A stretch of DNA of 64,000 nucleotides from Octopus vulgaris (lineage: Eukaryota), in NCBI GenBank assembly GCA_951406725.2, contig OX597819.1:125054001-125118000 (forward strand), given 5' to 3'. The notes below the pieces were generated by a model, which saw only the letters and a program-made list of their open reading frames with translations, did not search any database and had not been told where the DNA came from. Positions 25,108 through 38,772 of the stretch are shown piece by piece. Made by a program: the position numbers and the translations under genes. Numbering within the stretch: the first letter of the stretch is position 1; every line of letters starts with the position of its first letter.

Positions 25108-26347
25108 AGGTACTGTGTTTTCTGAGAAAATTACTTGTGAAAGACTTATAGAGATTTGTCTTCAATCCACTTTTGCCATTGTACAGTCCACAGTCAAATA
25201 CTGAGTCAGTAAATCTATTGTGATTCGTGAAATGATTAACTTTTGATGCTATGTCTACCACATTATTACAATGCATTTCCCTCGCCTCCATTTCTGGATC
25301 TTTATTCTCAAGCAATCAGGTTCACTCTTTCTCAATTTCTAAATTCATCCTATTTTTCTTTTGTTAGCATTAGCTTTTTTTTTTTTAATATTTCATTAGT
25401 TATTTTCAACAAATTTTCTTCTTCTTTGAAGTTGGCACAATTCTAATAACAGCATGCTAAATAAAGCATCTTGTATACGTTTATATGATTACTTGCTGTG
25501 TAGATAGATGCCATTGCATAGAGGTGCAGATTATACACATGCATGATGTGAATGCACACACACACATGCACGCACACACACACATGCACACGCACACATG
25601 CACACGCACACACACACACGCACACGCACACACAATTGGACATTCATGAACGTACATATAGAAAGGACTACATACCTATTTCCTTCAGTAGATTTATCTT
25701 CAATCTCAGTAGTGTATTCTGTGATCAGGAAGTTCTTTATTTGGAGAAGAGGGAAAAAGAGGGTGTATCTCTGAAGTGTAAAGTAATTGCAAAATGAATG
25801 TGTGTTTATATAAAATTTGGAATGTATATCTCTCCGAAGCAAACATCTGTAAATGACTTAGCTGAATAAATAGCGATATCTTTTCTTATGAATGTATTTC
25901 ACATTGATAGATAACTCCTACAGACTCTGTAAGTTAATACATGCATAATATTGTAAACATATCTACATAGATTTATTTCTTGGTTTTTATACATAATTAT
26001 AAATATCTTATTAATATAAACCTACTAAGTAATTGTTTATATGTTTTTGTTTTTGTTTTGAACTTACTATTTCAAGGTTGATTAGGGGTGGTTGAAACTG
26101 CAAGCCCCAAAATAATTCAACAGCAATCACCCAGCTCCTTACTCCTTGGAAAAGTCCTTCATTTCCAAGTCACTTGACCCCCTACTCTTTAGGATTTGAG
26201 GCATTGTAGTCATAACCATCACATTTTATTCTGATATAGTACAATTAGGACTATATTGTCCCATGGATTGTTCCTCATTAAGATCACAAACTGTGAGATC
26301 TGTCAACTATTTCTAGTAGATTGGGTGACCATGTAAAGGTTACTTAC

Positions 26348-26633
26348 CAAATCCTGTGATGAAGTATATTGTAGAGAGGAATGGACTCTGTCAAGCTATA
26401 TGAAAGTGAAATTTTCAGTATTCCAATAAACAAATAAGTTTTGGGAATCGGCATTCTCAATAACCAAATAGTCTGCATTAGAAGTAAATAAATGGTTATC
26501 TTATTTGACAAAGTTAATATTGAAAAAGTTATACAAAGTTTGCAATTTCCATTTATGTTCCATCCATGCTTTGATGTTGTTCTTGTCTGGCAAGTTGAAG
26601 CTGAAATGTATCATGGAAGAGCTATATAGTAAT
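26348..26633 (-). pseudogene. Exon relic (AAA4 region by position)
   Basis: ttgttaattttcag acceptor, TG|gtaagt donor, one frame with a single stop. Confidence 0.5.
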
Positions 26634-26703
26634 CTGAAAATTAACAAAAAATTGTAAAATTTACTCTTCACTTATTTCTTGAAGCATCAACATTTTCATC
26701 ACA

Positions 26704-26952
26704 CGTGGCACGTAAAAAGCAGCAACCAATCGTGGCTGTTGCCAGCCTCGCCTGGCACCTGTGCCGGTGGCATGTAAAAAGCACCCACTACACTCATGGA
26801 GTGGTTGGCGTTAGGAAGGGCATCCAGCTGTAGATACACTGCCAGATCAGACTGAGCCTGGTGCAGCCTCCTGGCTTCCCAGACCCCAGTCGAACCATCC
26901 AACCCATGCTAGCATGGAAAACGGACATTAAATGATGATGATGATGATGATG
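26704..26952 (+). mobile_element. RTE 3'-end repeat
   Basis: Family sequence with (GAT)n tail. Confidence 0.85.
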
Positions 26953-27769
26953 AACTGTGATATGGTCACTAATACAGTTTCAGTGGTACTGTGTTTGGAC
27001 TAGGATGTATTGGTACTTTTAGATGACTGAAAGGGTTTTTGTGTAATGTAACTGGTTTTGTCCATAGTTCAAAAACAAATATATACATAAAGATAATTTT
27101 ATTGTGAAGGAAAACAAAAATACAAAATGTATTTGATGCTTCTTTTGAAAAATGTTGGCCCAGATGAAGAGAATTGGCAATTACTGGGTTACTAATTTGG
27201 TTCCATTTTGGAACTTTGAGTTGCTGTGATTTAGATTCTGTAAAGCTTGCAGGATTAAATCATTAGTCTGCTTGCTCATTCATTGTAAACCTGTTTAGAA
27301 GAGAAAGCATGAGTGAAGGACTTGAAAGAATCAATTAGCAGTAGAGGACAATATGTCCAAGTATCATCAGAGAAATTGCTACGTTGACAGAGAGTAATTA
27401 GGAAGGTTTGTATTGTGACAGGGCAGCTAATAAAGTTACCGTAAAGGAGAGTGAATCTTAAATAAAATTGATGGCCAGTGAATGCTTTAAGAATGTCTGA
27501 CTAGTGTAGCTGCTTAGTTTAAAAAGGTTAGTGAATCTCTTTGGCTTCTGATGTTTTGTAACGTTTAGAATGTAATATCGAAGGAAGAAGAAATTTAAGA
27601 AAGAAATCCAGTTTCCTATAATACAAGATTCTCTCTGCATAGAAATGTTATATTGTGTAATATGTGTGAGCAGTGTGATTCCATGGCAACCAAACAGTCA
27701 GTGAACTTGAGGCCATTGGCTGGAATGGAAAGCGAAGAGGAGAGGCTAAGGCAGCCGTTGGAGGATGAT

Positions 27770-27990
27770 AGTATCAGCTGAAGTATGTAGATGAGACAAT
27801 TGTTCTGGTGTGTATGTATTTCATGAATGGATGATGAGTGCTAGATAAAATGTGTAGCATGCTAAGAATGGAAAGTAACTGTGGCAGGTGAAGAATAAAG
27901 AAACATGGGAAAAAGTAAAGGTAGACATGAGAATGTTGGGTCTCTCAGATGAATCATGATTAAGGTATGTGAGGATACCTTGTAAAGTAG
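27770..27990 (+). mobile_element. Old RTE ORF2 C-terminal relic
   Basis: Degenerate similarity to the RTE at 7440-7700 (R.L.W...MDDEC..KM...GR....KTW..V..DMRMLGL). Confidence 0.5.
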
Positions 27991-28293
27991 GCTAATAGAA
28001 CAAGTCCAACGCCACACTGTTGCTTATACACAACAAGGTCACAACATTATTGTCTCGTGGCTCTCAGAGGGAGTCTTTCAAAATTAGGGTAAATAGTTAA
28101 GTTGGGGCTAATATGCTTAATCTAGTGGCCCAAAGCTTTTAGTTAATTAAAATTGCATCTGTAATGAAGAGGAAAGATGTCATTAGCTTAATGGCTGATT
28201 CTGCTGGAAAAAAAATGAGGAGACAATTTTGGAATTTTAATGAAAATTAATTGAAAAGTTGAAAGTGGAAATGCTGTGAGGTGGGATAGGTTC

Positions 28294-28715
28294 GGATCTT
28301 TTCGTTTTGAACGGCAGTTTTTTCTAGCAGTGTCATATGAAATTGTCACCCATAATTATGACCCTAGAATCGATCTATTGCATTTCAATCTCTTTTAGGG
28401 TTAGGGTTGGTTAGGGGTGGGGGAAGGGTATCTTTTTTTTTCTTTAGAAATGTAAGTAAATCCAATCTGTTTCTTAAACGAGGGACATATTCATATGGCA
28501 CAGAATGCTTTTTAACTCAATAGACGTAATTGATTGGTTGAAATTGCAGAAATTGAAGAAAAAAAGCAACAAATATCTTACAAACTATAGAATTTTCTCA
28601 ATAAAGCCAAAAGAAAAAGATGTTTTATAAACACATTCTACCAGTATACGAAGTTTAAAAGTGTTTAGTTACCTAGAAATTATGTTAAAAACTGCCGTTC
28701 AAACTGAAAAGATCC
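28294..28715. mobile_element. Merlin-like MITE
   Basis: TIR GGATCTTTTC.TTTGAACGGCAGTTTT, GG..CC termini, 8-bp TSD ATAGGTTC; internal TTAGGG repeats. Confidence 0.82.
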
Positions 28716-29027
28716 ATAGGTTCTGATCTTTTGTAAGGTGACTGGCAATGCCAAATGCTTCAGTGTCATTAGACCTTCTCAGCAAAATATAATCTTACCA
28801 GTGCTTGTCAAACATTGATGTAGGTTCCAGTGTCCTCTCCAGTCTATAATAGGATTTTGACCCACATTGGAAGCAAATTAAATACTCTTCAGTTGTGAAG
28901 TGTACAACACCCTAATACTCTCTTTTTCAAGAATGCTAGGATCCTCACTACGTTCACTCAATGTGTTCAAACTACTAAATCTCTTATACTAAAATACTAC
29001 ATAAAATTATTTTGGGCTACATACCGT

Positions 29028-29184
29028 AGGAGTGGCTGTGTGGTAAGTAGCTTGCTTACCAACCACATGGTTCCGAGTTCAGTCCCACTGCGTGGCACCT
29101 TGGGCAAGTGTCTTCTACTATAGCCTCAAGCCGACCAAAGCCTGGTGAGTGGATTTGGTAGACGGAAACTGAAAGAAGCCTGTC

Positions 29185-29226
<42 letters not shown>

Positions 29227-29433
29227 ATGTATGTGTGTGTATATGTTTGTCCCCCCAACATCGCTTGACGTTCAATGCTGGTGTGTTTACGTCCCCGTAT
29301 CCTAGCGATTCGGCAAAAGAGACCGATAGAATAAGTACTAGGCTTACAAAGAATAAGTCCTGGGGTCAATTTGCTCGACCAAGGGCGGTGCTCCAGCATA
29401 GCTACAGTCACATGACTGAAACAAGTAAAAGAG
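29028..29433 (+). mobile_element. SINE family A
   Basis: Matches 904-1292. Confidence 0.9.
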
Positions 29434-30429
29434 AGAGTGTACCCTTTGAAAGACAGGATGGTCATTACTGGAATACCTTTGATCACAGATCTGTGCAGTC
29501 AGGATTGACTCAGGAGATAAACAACATTATCCTTTCTGCTTGCATTGGTAAATTGTATCTCCCTATTCACAGTTAGTAAGGGTTAGTCATCGCTCCTTAA
29601 ATGTTTTCACCACAAAGGTAAATCTGCATCCTTGATGAAACAAACGTCGAACTTTTAGACTAACAGTAATTCAGACTCATCCTCTGAATATGGCCAGGTA
29701 GGGAGGGAAGGAGGGGAGGGAGAGAGAAGTGGGGAGGAAGGGTTTTGTGATTAAGGAGCTCACTTTGTAGTTGTGTTGGCTCCACTGTGTGTAACTTTGG
29801 ACAAGCATTTTCTGCTACAGCCTTCATTTGGCCGATACCTACTGGCAGGAATTTGATGGATAAAACTGTTTGTGTACGAGAAAACATTTCTTAAATGGCT
29901 ACTGTACGTGTTCCTAGTATTATAGTCAATATGAAAAAGCATATCTCTCCTCTCAGCCACAGGTTAATGAATATCTACACATTTGCTTGATCTGCTAGAA
30001 ATAGCAGTTAATACACCCTAATTACACTCCATCATCTTAAAAAAAGGAATGACACGTTAGACTACAGTCACTGATAGGTAAAAGATATATGATGGTTATG
30101 GCTGAAACCCCTTTGACCACAAGCTTGCTCGGCCAAAGCTGACCTGGGGATAAACAGCAATATTCTAAAACAAGATAGCATTCAAATCAACAGATTATGT
30201 CCAATACAGTTCTAATTTCTCTCTGACCTTTTGCACATCTTGTCATGCAGTATCCCATTCTTGACGCATACTTCATGCGGTCCTTTTTGTTGTTGTTTTG
30301 TGTGTGTGTGTGTGTGCTGATAGATAATCTATAAGTAGTAAGAGACTAGATTATTTCTGTACTATTTCTTTCAGAATAATCCAGAAAATAATTTCATTAT
30401 ATTCTCTTATGGATGCTTCTTCTCAAGCA

Positions 30430-30794
30430 TGGTGATCGTTGACAGAGTGGTTAACCGGCTTCCATGCCAGTGGTACATAAAAGGGCACCATTCGAGTGTG
30501 ATCGTTACCAACGTCGCCTTACTGGCACCTGTGCCGGTGACATGTGTAAAAAGATTCGAGCGAGGTCATTGTCAGTACTGCCTGACTGGCCCCGTGCTGG
30601 TGGCACGTAAAAGCACCCACTACACTCTCGGAGTGGTTGGTGTTAAGAAGGGCATCTAGCTGTAGAAACTCTGTCAGATCAAGATTGGAGACTGGTGCAG
30701 CCGTCTAGTTCGCCAGCCCTCAGTCATTCATCCAACCTATGCTAGCGTGGAAAGCGGACGTTAAACGATGATGATGATGATGATGATGATGATG
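30430..30794 (+). mobile_element. RTE 3'-end repeat (same subfamily as 35061-35468)
   Basis: Family sequence with (GAT)n tail. Confidence 0.85.
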
Positions 30795-32423
30795 CTTCTT
30801 AAAAATACTTCTGTATTTTGGCTATCTTGAGTATATGAATGAGATCATTTATAGAATGCTGGAATTGCGTAGATTTTAGATTTGTGAAAATAGAGAGAAG
30901 AGCTGCAGATAAAGAGGTTAAGCAGAGTATTAGTCTTTAGAAAATTGGTCAAAATCTTTGAAGAAAATTGATGAAAGATTGGATAGCATTGATATGAATT
31001 TTACTTTTTGATGATTCTATGTTATCAATTTGAAACATGAAATTGGAATTCAGCTTGCTTCAAAAGAGCATAACTAAATTTGATTGATTCTTGAGGAGAA
31101 ACAGTTGAATTCAGTGAATAAACAAATGCTTTATATGAAGGATACTTTAATACATTCATAACAACTATATTTTCCTCACTAATTTCTAGATTACAGTTAT
31201 AGATAAAATTTAGTATCTTATTATTACAGTTATCCAATGTTTATGAAGATGTTTTATTATGGCTGTCTGGTCATTGTTTATTGTTTTACTTCGAGTTAAT
31301 CATAATTGTCTTTTTCATCATTTAACATCCACTTTTCTATGCTTGCATGGGTTAGATAGTGTTTTCCAATGTAGATTTTCTACAGCACTTCTTGCTGCCA
31401 CCCGTCTCTTGTTTCCCCATATCCAGACATGTTTTGCAGACTAGTGGAAATGAACGGCATTACTTGTATGACAGTGGCACCCATTGCTATTTGTTTGATG
31501 TCAAAACAATGAAATACAAGTGTGCATGCACATGCAGAGAGAGCGAGAGAAAGAGAGAGTTCTTTCCTTCTACTAAATCCATCCAAAAGGCCTGGACTGG
31601 CTCAGAGCTTTAACATAAAAAAAAAAAGCAACACTTGTCTAAGATGAACCTGAAACTATGTGGTAGGGAAGCAGTCACTAAATGAAAATCAAACTGAAAA
31701 ATATTAAAAAGGAAAAAATGTTGATAAAATATATTCAGTGATATAAATGTATTTTTTAAATGATTAAATTTTTATGCATAATTGCAATATATTCCTCTCG
31801 AAAATTAGCTATTTTTCTTCTTTATGTTTTGTTATCTTAAAAAAAAAAAAAAAACCAGAATGGGTGTGGTGTCTGAGACATTTTCTTTCTTTTTAATTTC
31901 TTGTTCGAATAACTAAAGTCAGTGTTGAGATATTATCTCATAGCATTTGTGCATGTCAACAAACATTTACTTTATTCTTAGTGTTGTGTCTGCAGCGTTC
32001 TTGAGTGGTGTTAGAAGGCCATAAGCAACATTGCACTTATTGATTTTAAACATAACAGATGATCAATACATAACTTGGAAGGTGTGTTAGAAGGTGTGTA
32101 AGTGTTGGTTGGGGCTGCGAACTAAAGTACCAATAAAATGAATATTGTTACTAGAATGCTTAAATGTCTGCTAAAAGTTCAGGGTCATGTGAAATGTGTT
32201 TCTTTTATATGTTTGCACTTGCCAGAGAAACTAAAATTTCTCATCCACCTTTTTTGCTAAAAACTAAAAAGAAAAAAAATGTATCATCTCTCTTTTTAAA
32301 TCCATTCTTTTATTCCTAAAATACTTTCTCATATTTGTCTTTTAAGAATGGAAACCTTCATGAGATTTGTAGAATATTCTGTTGTGAAGAAACAAGATAT
32401 TTTAGAATGTTATAAGTTAATAT

Positions 32424-32651
32424 TTAACCCTTTTGTTACTAACCCGGCCAAAACCGGCTCTGGCTCTGTGGTAAAATGTCTTGTTTTCATAAGCTTTGAA
32501 TTAAAATATTCCACCAAACCTTAGTCACAATTTATGTTCCTAACACCAGCTTAATGATAACTAAGTTATTTTACTAAATTCTTTGTTATATTTAAAATAA
32601 TTGAAAGAAACAAAGAGCATCTCAAAATAAATACAGTAACAAAATGGTTAA
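32424..32651. mobile_element. piggyBac-type MITE family 1
   Basis: Inverse of 19535-19764, TTAA flanks. Confidence 0.85.
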
Positions 32652-32859
32652 ATGTGATGATTGATTACATTCGAGTTTCTATCTTATGAAGGTTTTGTTG
32701 CATATCTTTTATCTAGACATATGACTTAAAATGTTCTCAGAAAAAAAGATTGTAGTCATTTGAATTAATCTCAGTTTATTATTTGTTATTATTTCCCCCA
32801 ACACACACATGAGGAAAAAGCCATCTCTGGAAAGGTTTGAACTTTGAACAGTGTAGCAC

Positions 32860-32861
<2 letters not shown>

Positions 32862-32893
<32 letters not shown>

Positions 32894-33270
32894 ACGTCTG
32901 CTTTCCATGCTAGCATGGGTTGGACGATTTGACTGAGGTCTGGCGAACCAGACTCCAATCTGCTTTTATGTGCCACTGGCACGAGGGCCAGTTTGGTGGT
33001 ACTGGCAACGGCCATGCCCAAATGGTGCTTTTTACATGACACCTGCACAGGAGCCAGTCCAGCGGCACTGGCGACGACCTCGCTCGAATGTTTCATGTGC
33101 CACCAGCACAAGTGCTAGTAAGGCGACCCGGTAATGATCACGCTCGAATGTTGTGTTTACCGTGCCATCGACAAAAAGGCCAGCTTGTTGCTCTGACAAC
33201 GATCTCACTCGTACGGTACTCTTAGCGCTCCACTAGCAACGGATGCCAGTCACCGAGTTTGATTTTAATC
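32862..33270 (-). mobile_element. RTE 3'-end repeat (same subfamily as 48500-49023)
   Basis: Near-identical inverse of 48560-49023. Confidence 0.85.
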
Positions 33271-33837
33271 TCTAACAGATAGTATTGCTTCATGGTTTCT
33301 GTTCTACACTATATCCTGCACATTAGTCCTTCTGTGGGCTGTTCTATTAAAACACACACACACACACACACACATATTTCTTAAGACTGCATTTGGTGGT
33401 GAGATTCCAACTCACTTTGGATAAAATGGAATTATTCTTCTCCATTCTCACCAAAACACTATTAATCTATCCACACTGGTCTGGGGTGGTACTACACGTG
33501 AAGGACCCAAATTATGGGACAAATAGCAGAAGATGCGCTAATAACCCTGCTGCTTCGCCTTACTTACTCTATAGTTCTTGTAAAAATTTTGAAAGAGAAT
33601 AATTTTGTTGTTTAACCTTTGGGTAACACTAATTGAATAAGACCAGTGATCAAAGCTGAATCCAGCCATGACTACCTTTTTCCTGGGTGTATGATATATA
33701 GAACTCTTTTATTCATATATCTTTTCCTTTATTTTTTATAATAGTAGTTTTGGAGGATGTCTTGCTGTTATTTCTGTAAGGTTGTAATCCTATACAGTGA
33801 CACCTATAAATATATAATGTGAATTATATATTTATAG

Positions 33838-34023
33838 GTGCCGGTGGCACGCAAAAAGTACCCACTACACTCACAGAGTGGTTGGCGTTAGGAAGGGCAT
33901 CCAGCTGTAGAAACACTGCCAGATCAGACTGGAGCCTGGTGCAGCCTCCTGGCTTGCCAGTCCCCAGTCAAACCATCATGCCATCGTGGAAAACGGATGT
34001 TAAACGATGATGATGATGATATT

Positions 34024-34071
<48 letters not shown>

Positions 34072-34306
34072 GTGACATGTAAAAGCACCAACCGATCGTG
34101 GCTATTTGCCAGCCTCGTCTGGCCTCTCTGCCGGTGGCACGTAAAAAGCATCCACTACACTCATGGAGTGGTTGGCATTAGGAAGGGTAGAAACACTGCC
34201 AGATCAGACTGGAGCCTGGTGCAGCCTCCTCGCTTCCCAGACCCCGGTTGAACCGTCCAACCCATGCTAGCACGGAAAACGGATGTTAAATGATGATGAT
34301 GATGAT
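33838..34306 (+). mobile_element. Two adjacent RTE 3'-end repeats
   Basis: Copies at 33838-34020 and 34070-34306, each with a GAT tail. Confidence 0.85.
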
Positions 34307-35060
34307 GTGAATATCAGTTGTGACTTTAGAGCACCGCCATTGCATCTTTTTAAAAGCAAATGTCAAGGGCAAGTTAACTTAACAAACACTAAGCTTTAAA
34401 GCTATTAAATCGAACCGAATTTACAGGCTGATCAGCATGAAGCATAAAGTAAAGAATAAATGAACCTTGTGGGAAATCAAAAATGAAATGCTGACTTGGT
34501 TCAGTGGGGGCAGGGGTGGGACTAATCACTATTCTAAATAGTTCCATCACAATGCTTCTGATGCCACAACAATGAAAAGCAACAAACAATGCAAGACATT
34601 TTTTTCCTTTCCATTTAAATATTCACATAAAAGTGAGAATTATAATAATCCTATTTCTTTAATATCCATTAATCTATGTGAATGGAAAGAAAATTTAGAA
34701 CAAACATCTCTTTTATATTTTATTGATTAAATGCACAACATTTATAAATTGCCTTTTTTTTTTTGCTAGCCCTATTTCATTTAATATCATAGCTTACAAA
34801 ATTAGAAAGTACAGGATTCTGTTTTTGTCTCCAAGAGTTCATTTACCATAGTAACCAGTTCTTGTTTCCATGAATATTCTTTGAAAAAGAATTTCTTTTG
34901 TTAATTAGAGAGTATCCTCCCTATCTTAAACAGAGACTGACTTACATTTAATTAACTTGGTAATGGCTTTTCAAGTTTAATAGTAAAATGATATCATTAA
35001 TTAACCACTCTGCTACACATGGTGTAGAGAAACGTAGTTGTAAGATATTCATGCTTTCAG

Positions 35061-35468
35061 TGTCGCCTTACTGGTACTTGTGCCCGTGCTAGTATGGTGC
35101 CAAGAGCACTATCTGAGTGTGATCATTGCCAGAGCAACAAACTGGCTTCTGTGCCAGTGGCACGTAAAAGGGCACCATTCGAGCATGATCGTTACCAACG
35201 TCGCCTTACTGGCACCTTTGCCGGTGGCATGTATAAAAAGATTTGAGCAAGGTCATTGCCACTACTGCCTGACTGGCCCCATGCCGGTGGCACGTAAAAG
35301 CACCCACTACACTCTCGGAATGGTTGGCGTTAGGAAGGGCATCCAGCTGTAGAAACTCTGCCAAATCAATATTGGAGCCTAGTGCAACCATCTGGTTCGC
35401 CAGCCCTCAGTCAAAATCGTCCAACCTATGCTAGTATGGAAAGCGGACGTTAAACAATGATGATGATG
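35061..35468 (+). mobile_element. RTE 3'-end repeat
   Basis: Family sequence with GAT tail. Confidence 0.85.
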
Positions 35469-36723
35469 AATGAAATAATGATACCAGGCAAACCATTGTG
35501 GAGCCTCTACATCACTAGTTCCCAGTTAAGGATCCATGAAATCCTGGGAATTTGTGAGTTGAATTCAAAATTTCTTGAGTAGGCAGACCTTTCAAAGCTC
35601 TCAAGTCCATGGGGAAAATCTTTGATAGGGAAAAGGTTGAGAACTCCTTCTCTATGCATGTTTACTCAAGTTGGTGGAAATAGCAGCCAGATTTTCCCAA
35701 AATACCACCTTACTATCTTTAAAAAAATGGACTCTGGTACACCTGGACATAGTAAAAATATGAGATAGTCATAAATGGATTGCATTTCATCATAGGTCTA
35801 CTTTATTGGGGTTGACCTGAGAGTCATCAGTGATAATATCAGAGAGTAAAACACTTTAACTCTTTAGTGTTCAGATTATTCTATCAAATATAATGCTTAT
35901 TGATTTGAATTAATCATGCATTAATCCTGATAGTGTAATTACTTAATGTAGAATAACATTGTAATGTAGGTGTGAGAGCCTGGATCTGGTTAGTTTGAAC
36001 ATAAAACAAATGGAAAATTTTGGCTGGATATTGCCGGTCAAGTTTCATGATAGTAGAGTAAGAAAGAAGTTTTTGAGAAAGTTCTACTGTTTTAACCCCT
36101 GATTTAAGCCATTCCACGTACACCACTGGTCTTTTTGGTAAGAATATAAACATCATGCATCCTGTTTTCTCTCCTTTAAAATAATAGAACTTGTGGTTAA
36201 TCAAAAATAGAAATCAATATTGATTTCTTATTTAAATCAGTAAGGTCAATATTTGTTGACCAAAGTGATGCAGTGATACAGTTTTATGAATCTCCAGTAT
36301 ATCACTGGTTAGTATTCATCCAACTTTAGAATAAAGAAGACAAGTTTGTCCCCAAGTGGGATAAAACTGTTACTATAATATATTCTGTAAGGTCTTAAGT
36401 TTTATGGCATTATTGATTTCTAACATTATGTAGGGCAGAGGTTATAATCTATTGAATCAGTAGTCTATCGATTTCCTAAATTTATTGTACTCCTAAATTC
36501 AGAACATAGGGATGAGTCTAAGTAAAGTAAGGGTTCACCCTTAAAATTTCCAAATAATTTCATGTGATTTTATTGTTAATTTATGCTTTCAGTACATTGC
36601 TTAATTTAATGAATGAAATACTCATCAAATAAATTGCTATCGTTGTCAATCTAAAGTAATATTAGATATTACAAATGCTAATTGCAGACAGAAAAAAAGA
36701 AACAAGACACATGTTTCTACATT

Positions 36724-37189
36724 CTGCCTCAAATACTTCCCTGGGCATGGATACATTGAAACTCCGACGTCTGGCAGCTGACTTGGCAGACACCCATAAA
36801 ATCATTAACCATCTTACAAACAATAACTCTGAGCACCTTTTCAAACTCCACCTGTCTAACACCTGTGGACATGTTTACAAAGTCAGAAAACAGCACAGCT
36901 CCTTCCATGACTTTAGGAAACATTTTTTCACGCTAAGAGTTGCTGAAGCATGGAACAGACTGCCGGCATCAGTTGTTAGTTGTCGGAGCACTGCATCCTT
37001 CAAAACTTCCGTGCTTCCTGAGATTCGCCAACACTACACCTGATTTCCTCCCCTCCATACACACGCAAGCATGTATCTGACTCATACACTGTTCGCTTTT
37101 CAGACATTTGTACATTACTGCATATGCTTTATATACGCACTTTTGACAAGTTGTGGTGCACCTGAGCACCATATACAATAATTTCATTA

Positions 37190-37190
<1 letters not shown>
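36724..37190 (+). mobile_element. CR1-clade LINE 3' fragment
   Basis: LGMDTLKLRRLAADL..RKHFFTLRVAEAWNRLP. Confidence 0.9.
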
Positions 37191-37191
<1 letters not shown>

Positions 37192-37221
<30 letters not shown>

Positions 37222-37500
37222 TTAGCGTCCGCTTTCCATGCTAGCATGGGTTGGATGGTTCAACTGGGGTCTGAGAAGCCAGAAGGCTGCACCAGGCCCA
37301 GTCTGATCTGGCAATGTTTCTATGGCTGGATGCCCTTCCTAATGCCAACCACTCCATGAGTGTAGTGGGTGCTTTTTACGTGCCACCGGCACAGGTGCTA
37401 GACGAGGCTGGGAAATGGCCACAAGCGGATGGTGCTTTTTACGTGCCACCGGCACAGAAGCCAGTTGTGGTGGCGCTGGCAATGGCCACGTTCGGATGGT
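37192..37500 (-). mobile_element. RTE 3'-end repeat, tail-to-tail with CR1
   Basis: (CAT)n directly abuts the CR1 3' end. Confidence 0.85.
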
Positions 37501-37761
37501 TCTCTTTATTTTTATAATGAAAACAGTTAACAACAAAACGTAACAGAATTGAAATAATCATTGGTTTCTAAAATAGATAGAGGGCTCAAATTTGCTTTTT
37601 TGAAGGTGGAGTAGCCCCTAAGTAAATCAATCTTATTACTTAACGTATACCGTATTTTATCAACTCTGGTTTAACTGTTATGCACTTGGAAAATTCTTTT
37701 AAACTAATGAATCTTTTGCTTGAGAAGGCTGAAACTAATAGCTGTTTATAGTTAGAAATGG

Positions 37762-38169
37762 GGATCTTTTTGGTTTGAACGGCAGTTTTTTCTAGCAGTG
37801 TCATATGAAATTGTCACCCATAATTATGACCCTAGTATCGATCTATTGCATTTCAATCTGTTTTAGGGTTAGGGGTGGGGGAAGGGTATCTTTTTTTCTT
37901 CAGAAATGTAAATAAACCCAATCTGTTTCTTAAACGAGGGACATATTCATACGGCACAGAATGTTTGTTACCTCAATAGACGTTAGTGATTGGTTGAAAT
38001 TGCAGAAATTTAAGAAAGAAACAACAAATATCTTACAAACTATAGAATTTTCTCAATAAAGCCAAGAGAAAAAGATGTTTTATAAACACATTCTACCAGT
38101 ATACAAAGTTTAAAAGTGTTTAATTACGTGGAAATTATTTAAAAAAAAACTGCCGTTCAAACTGAAAAG
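37762..38169. mobile_element. Merlin-like MITE, right TIR split by CR1
   Basis: Same family as 28294; terminal gatcc displaced to 38774-38778. Confidence 0.82.
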
Positions 38170-38772
38170 TTAGTTAGTTAGTTAGTTAGTTAATTTGGCT
38201 CAAAAGCAAATAGCAAGGCCATGTAGGGGGACATGGAGTTAAGTACAGGGTGGTGTTCATGTAAAGAGTTCAGGCCACTTGAGGTCCAGGGAGGCTTTGA
38301 ACAAAGCGGTCGTCGGCATCTTCACCATCTCGTCTGGCAGCTTGTTCCACGGATCCGCAACCCGGACGGAGAAAGCTCCTCTCCTTCGATTGAGATGAAA
38401 TCGTCGCAGGTAGAGCTTTTCGGAATGACCCCGCAGCCGACGCTCCGGAGCAGGAGTGAAGAACAGCTCTTTCGAGAGGTTACACTTCCCGCTTATGATG
38501 TTGTGGGCGAGAATGAGATCACCACGGCGGCGGCGTTTTTCAAGAGAATAAAGGTCGAGCGTCCTCAGCCTTTCTTCGTAGGACAAATTTTTGAGACCAT
38601 GAACCAGGCGGGTAGCCAGCCTCTGGACTCTTTCGAGGTGCTGTATGTCTTTGAGGAGATAAGGAGAAGAGGCTTGAATCCCATACTCCAATATGGGTCT
38701 CACCAGCGTGACATATAGTGGCAGGAATATGGCTGCTGTGAGCATTCCGAATGACCGTCGAATCAAAAACAG
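38170..38772 (-). mobile_element. CR1-clade LINE 3' fragment (young, open frame)
   Basis: LYVTLVRPILEY..LERVQRLATRLV..LSYEERL..LEKRRRRGDLI..WNKLP; (AACT)n tail. Confidence 0.92.

Noticed and set aside
28394-28416. Telomere or telomere-fusion site
   Set aside because: Only two to three TTAGGG units, internal to a MITE present three times.
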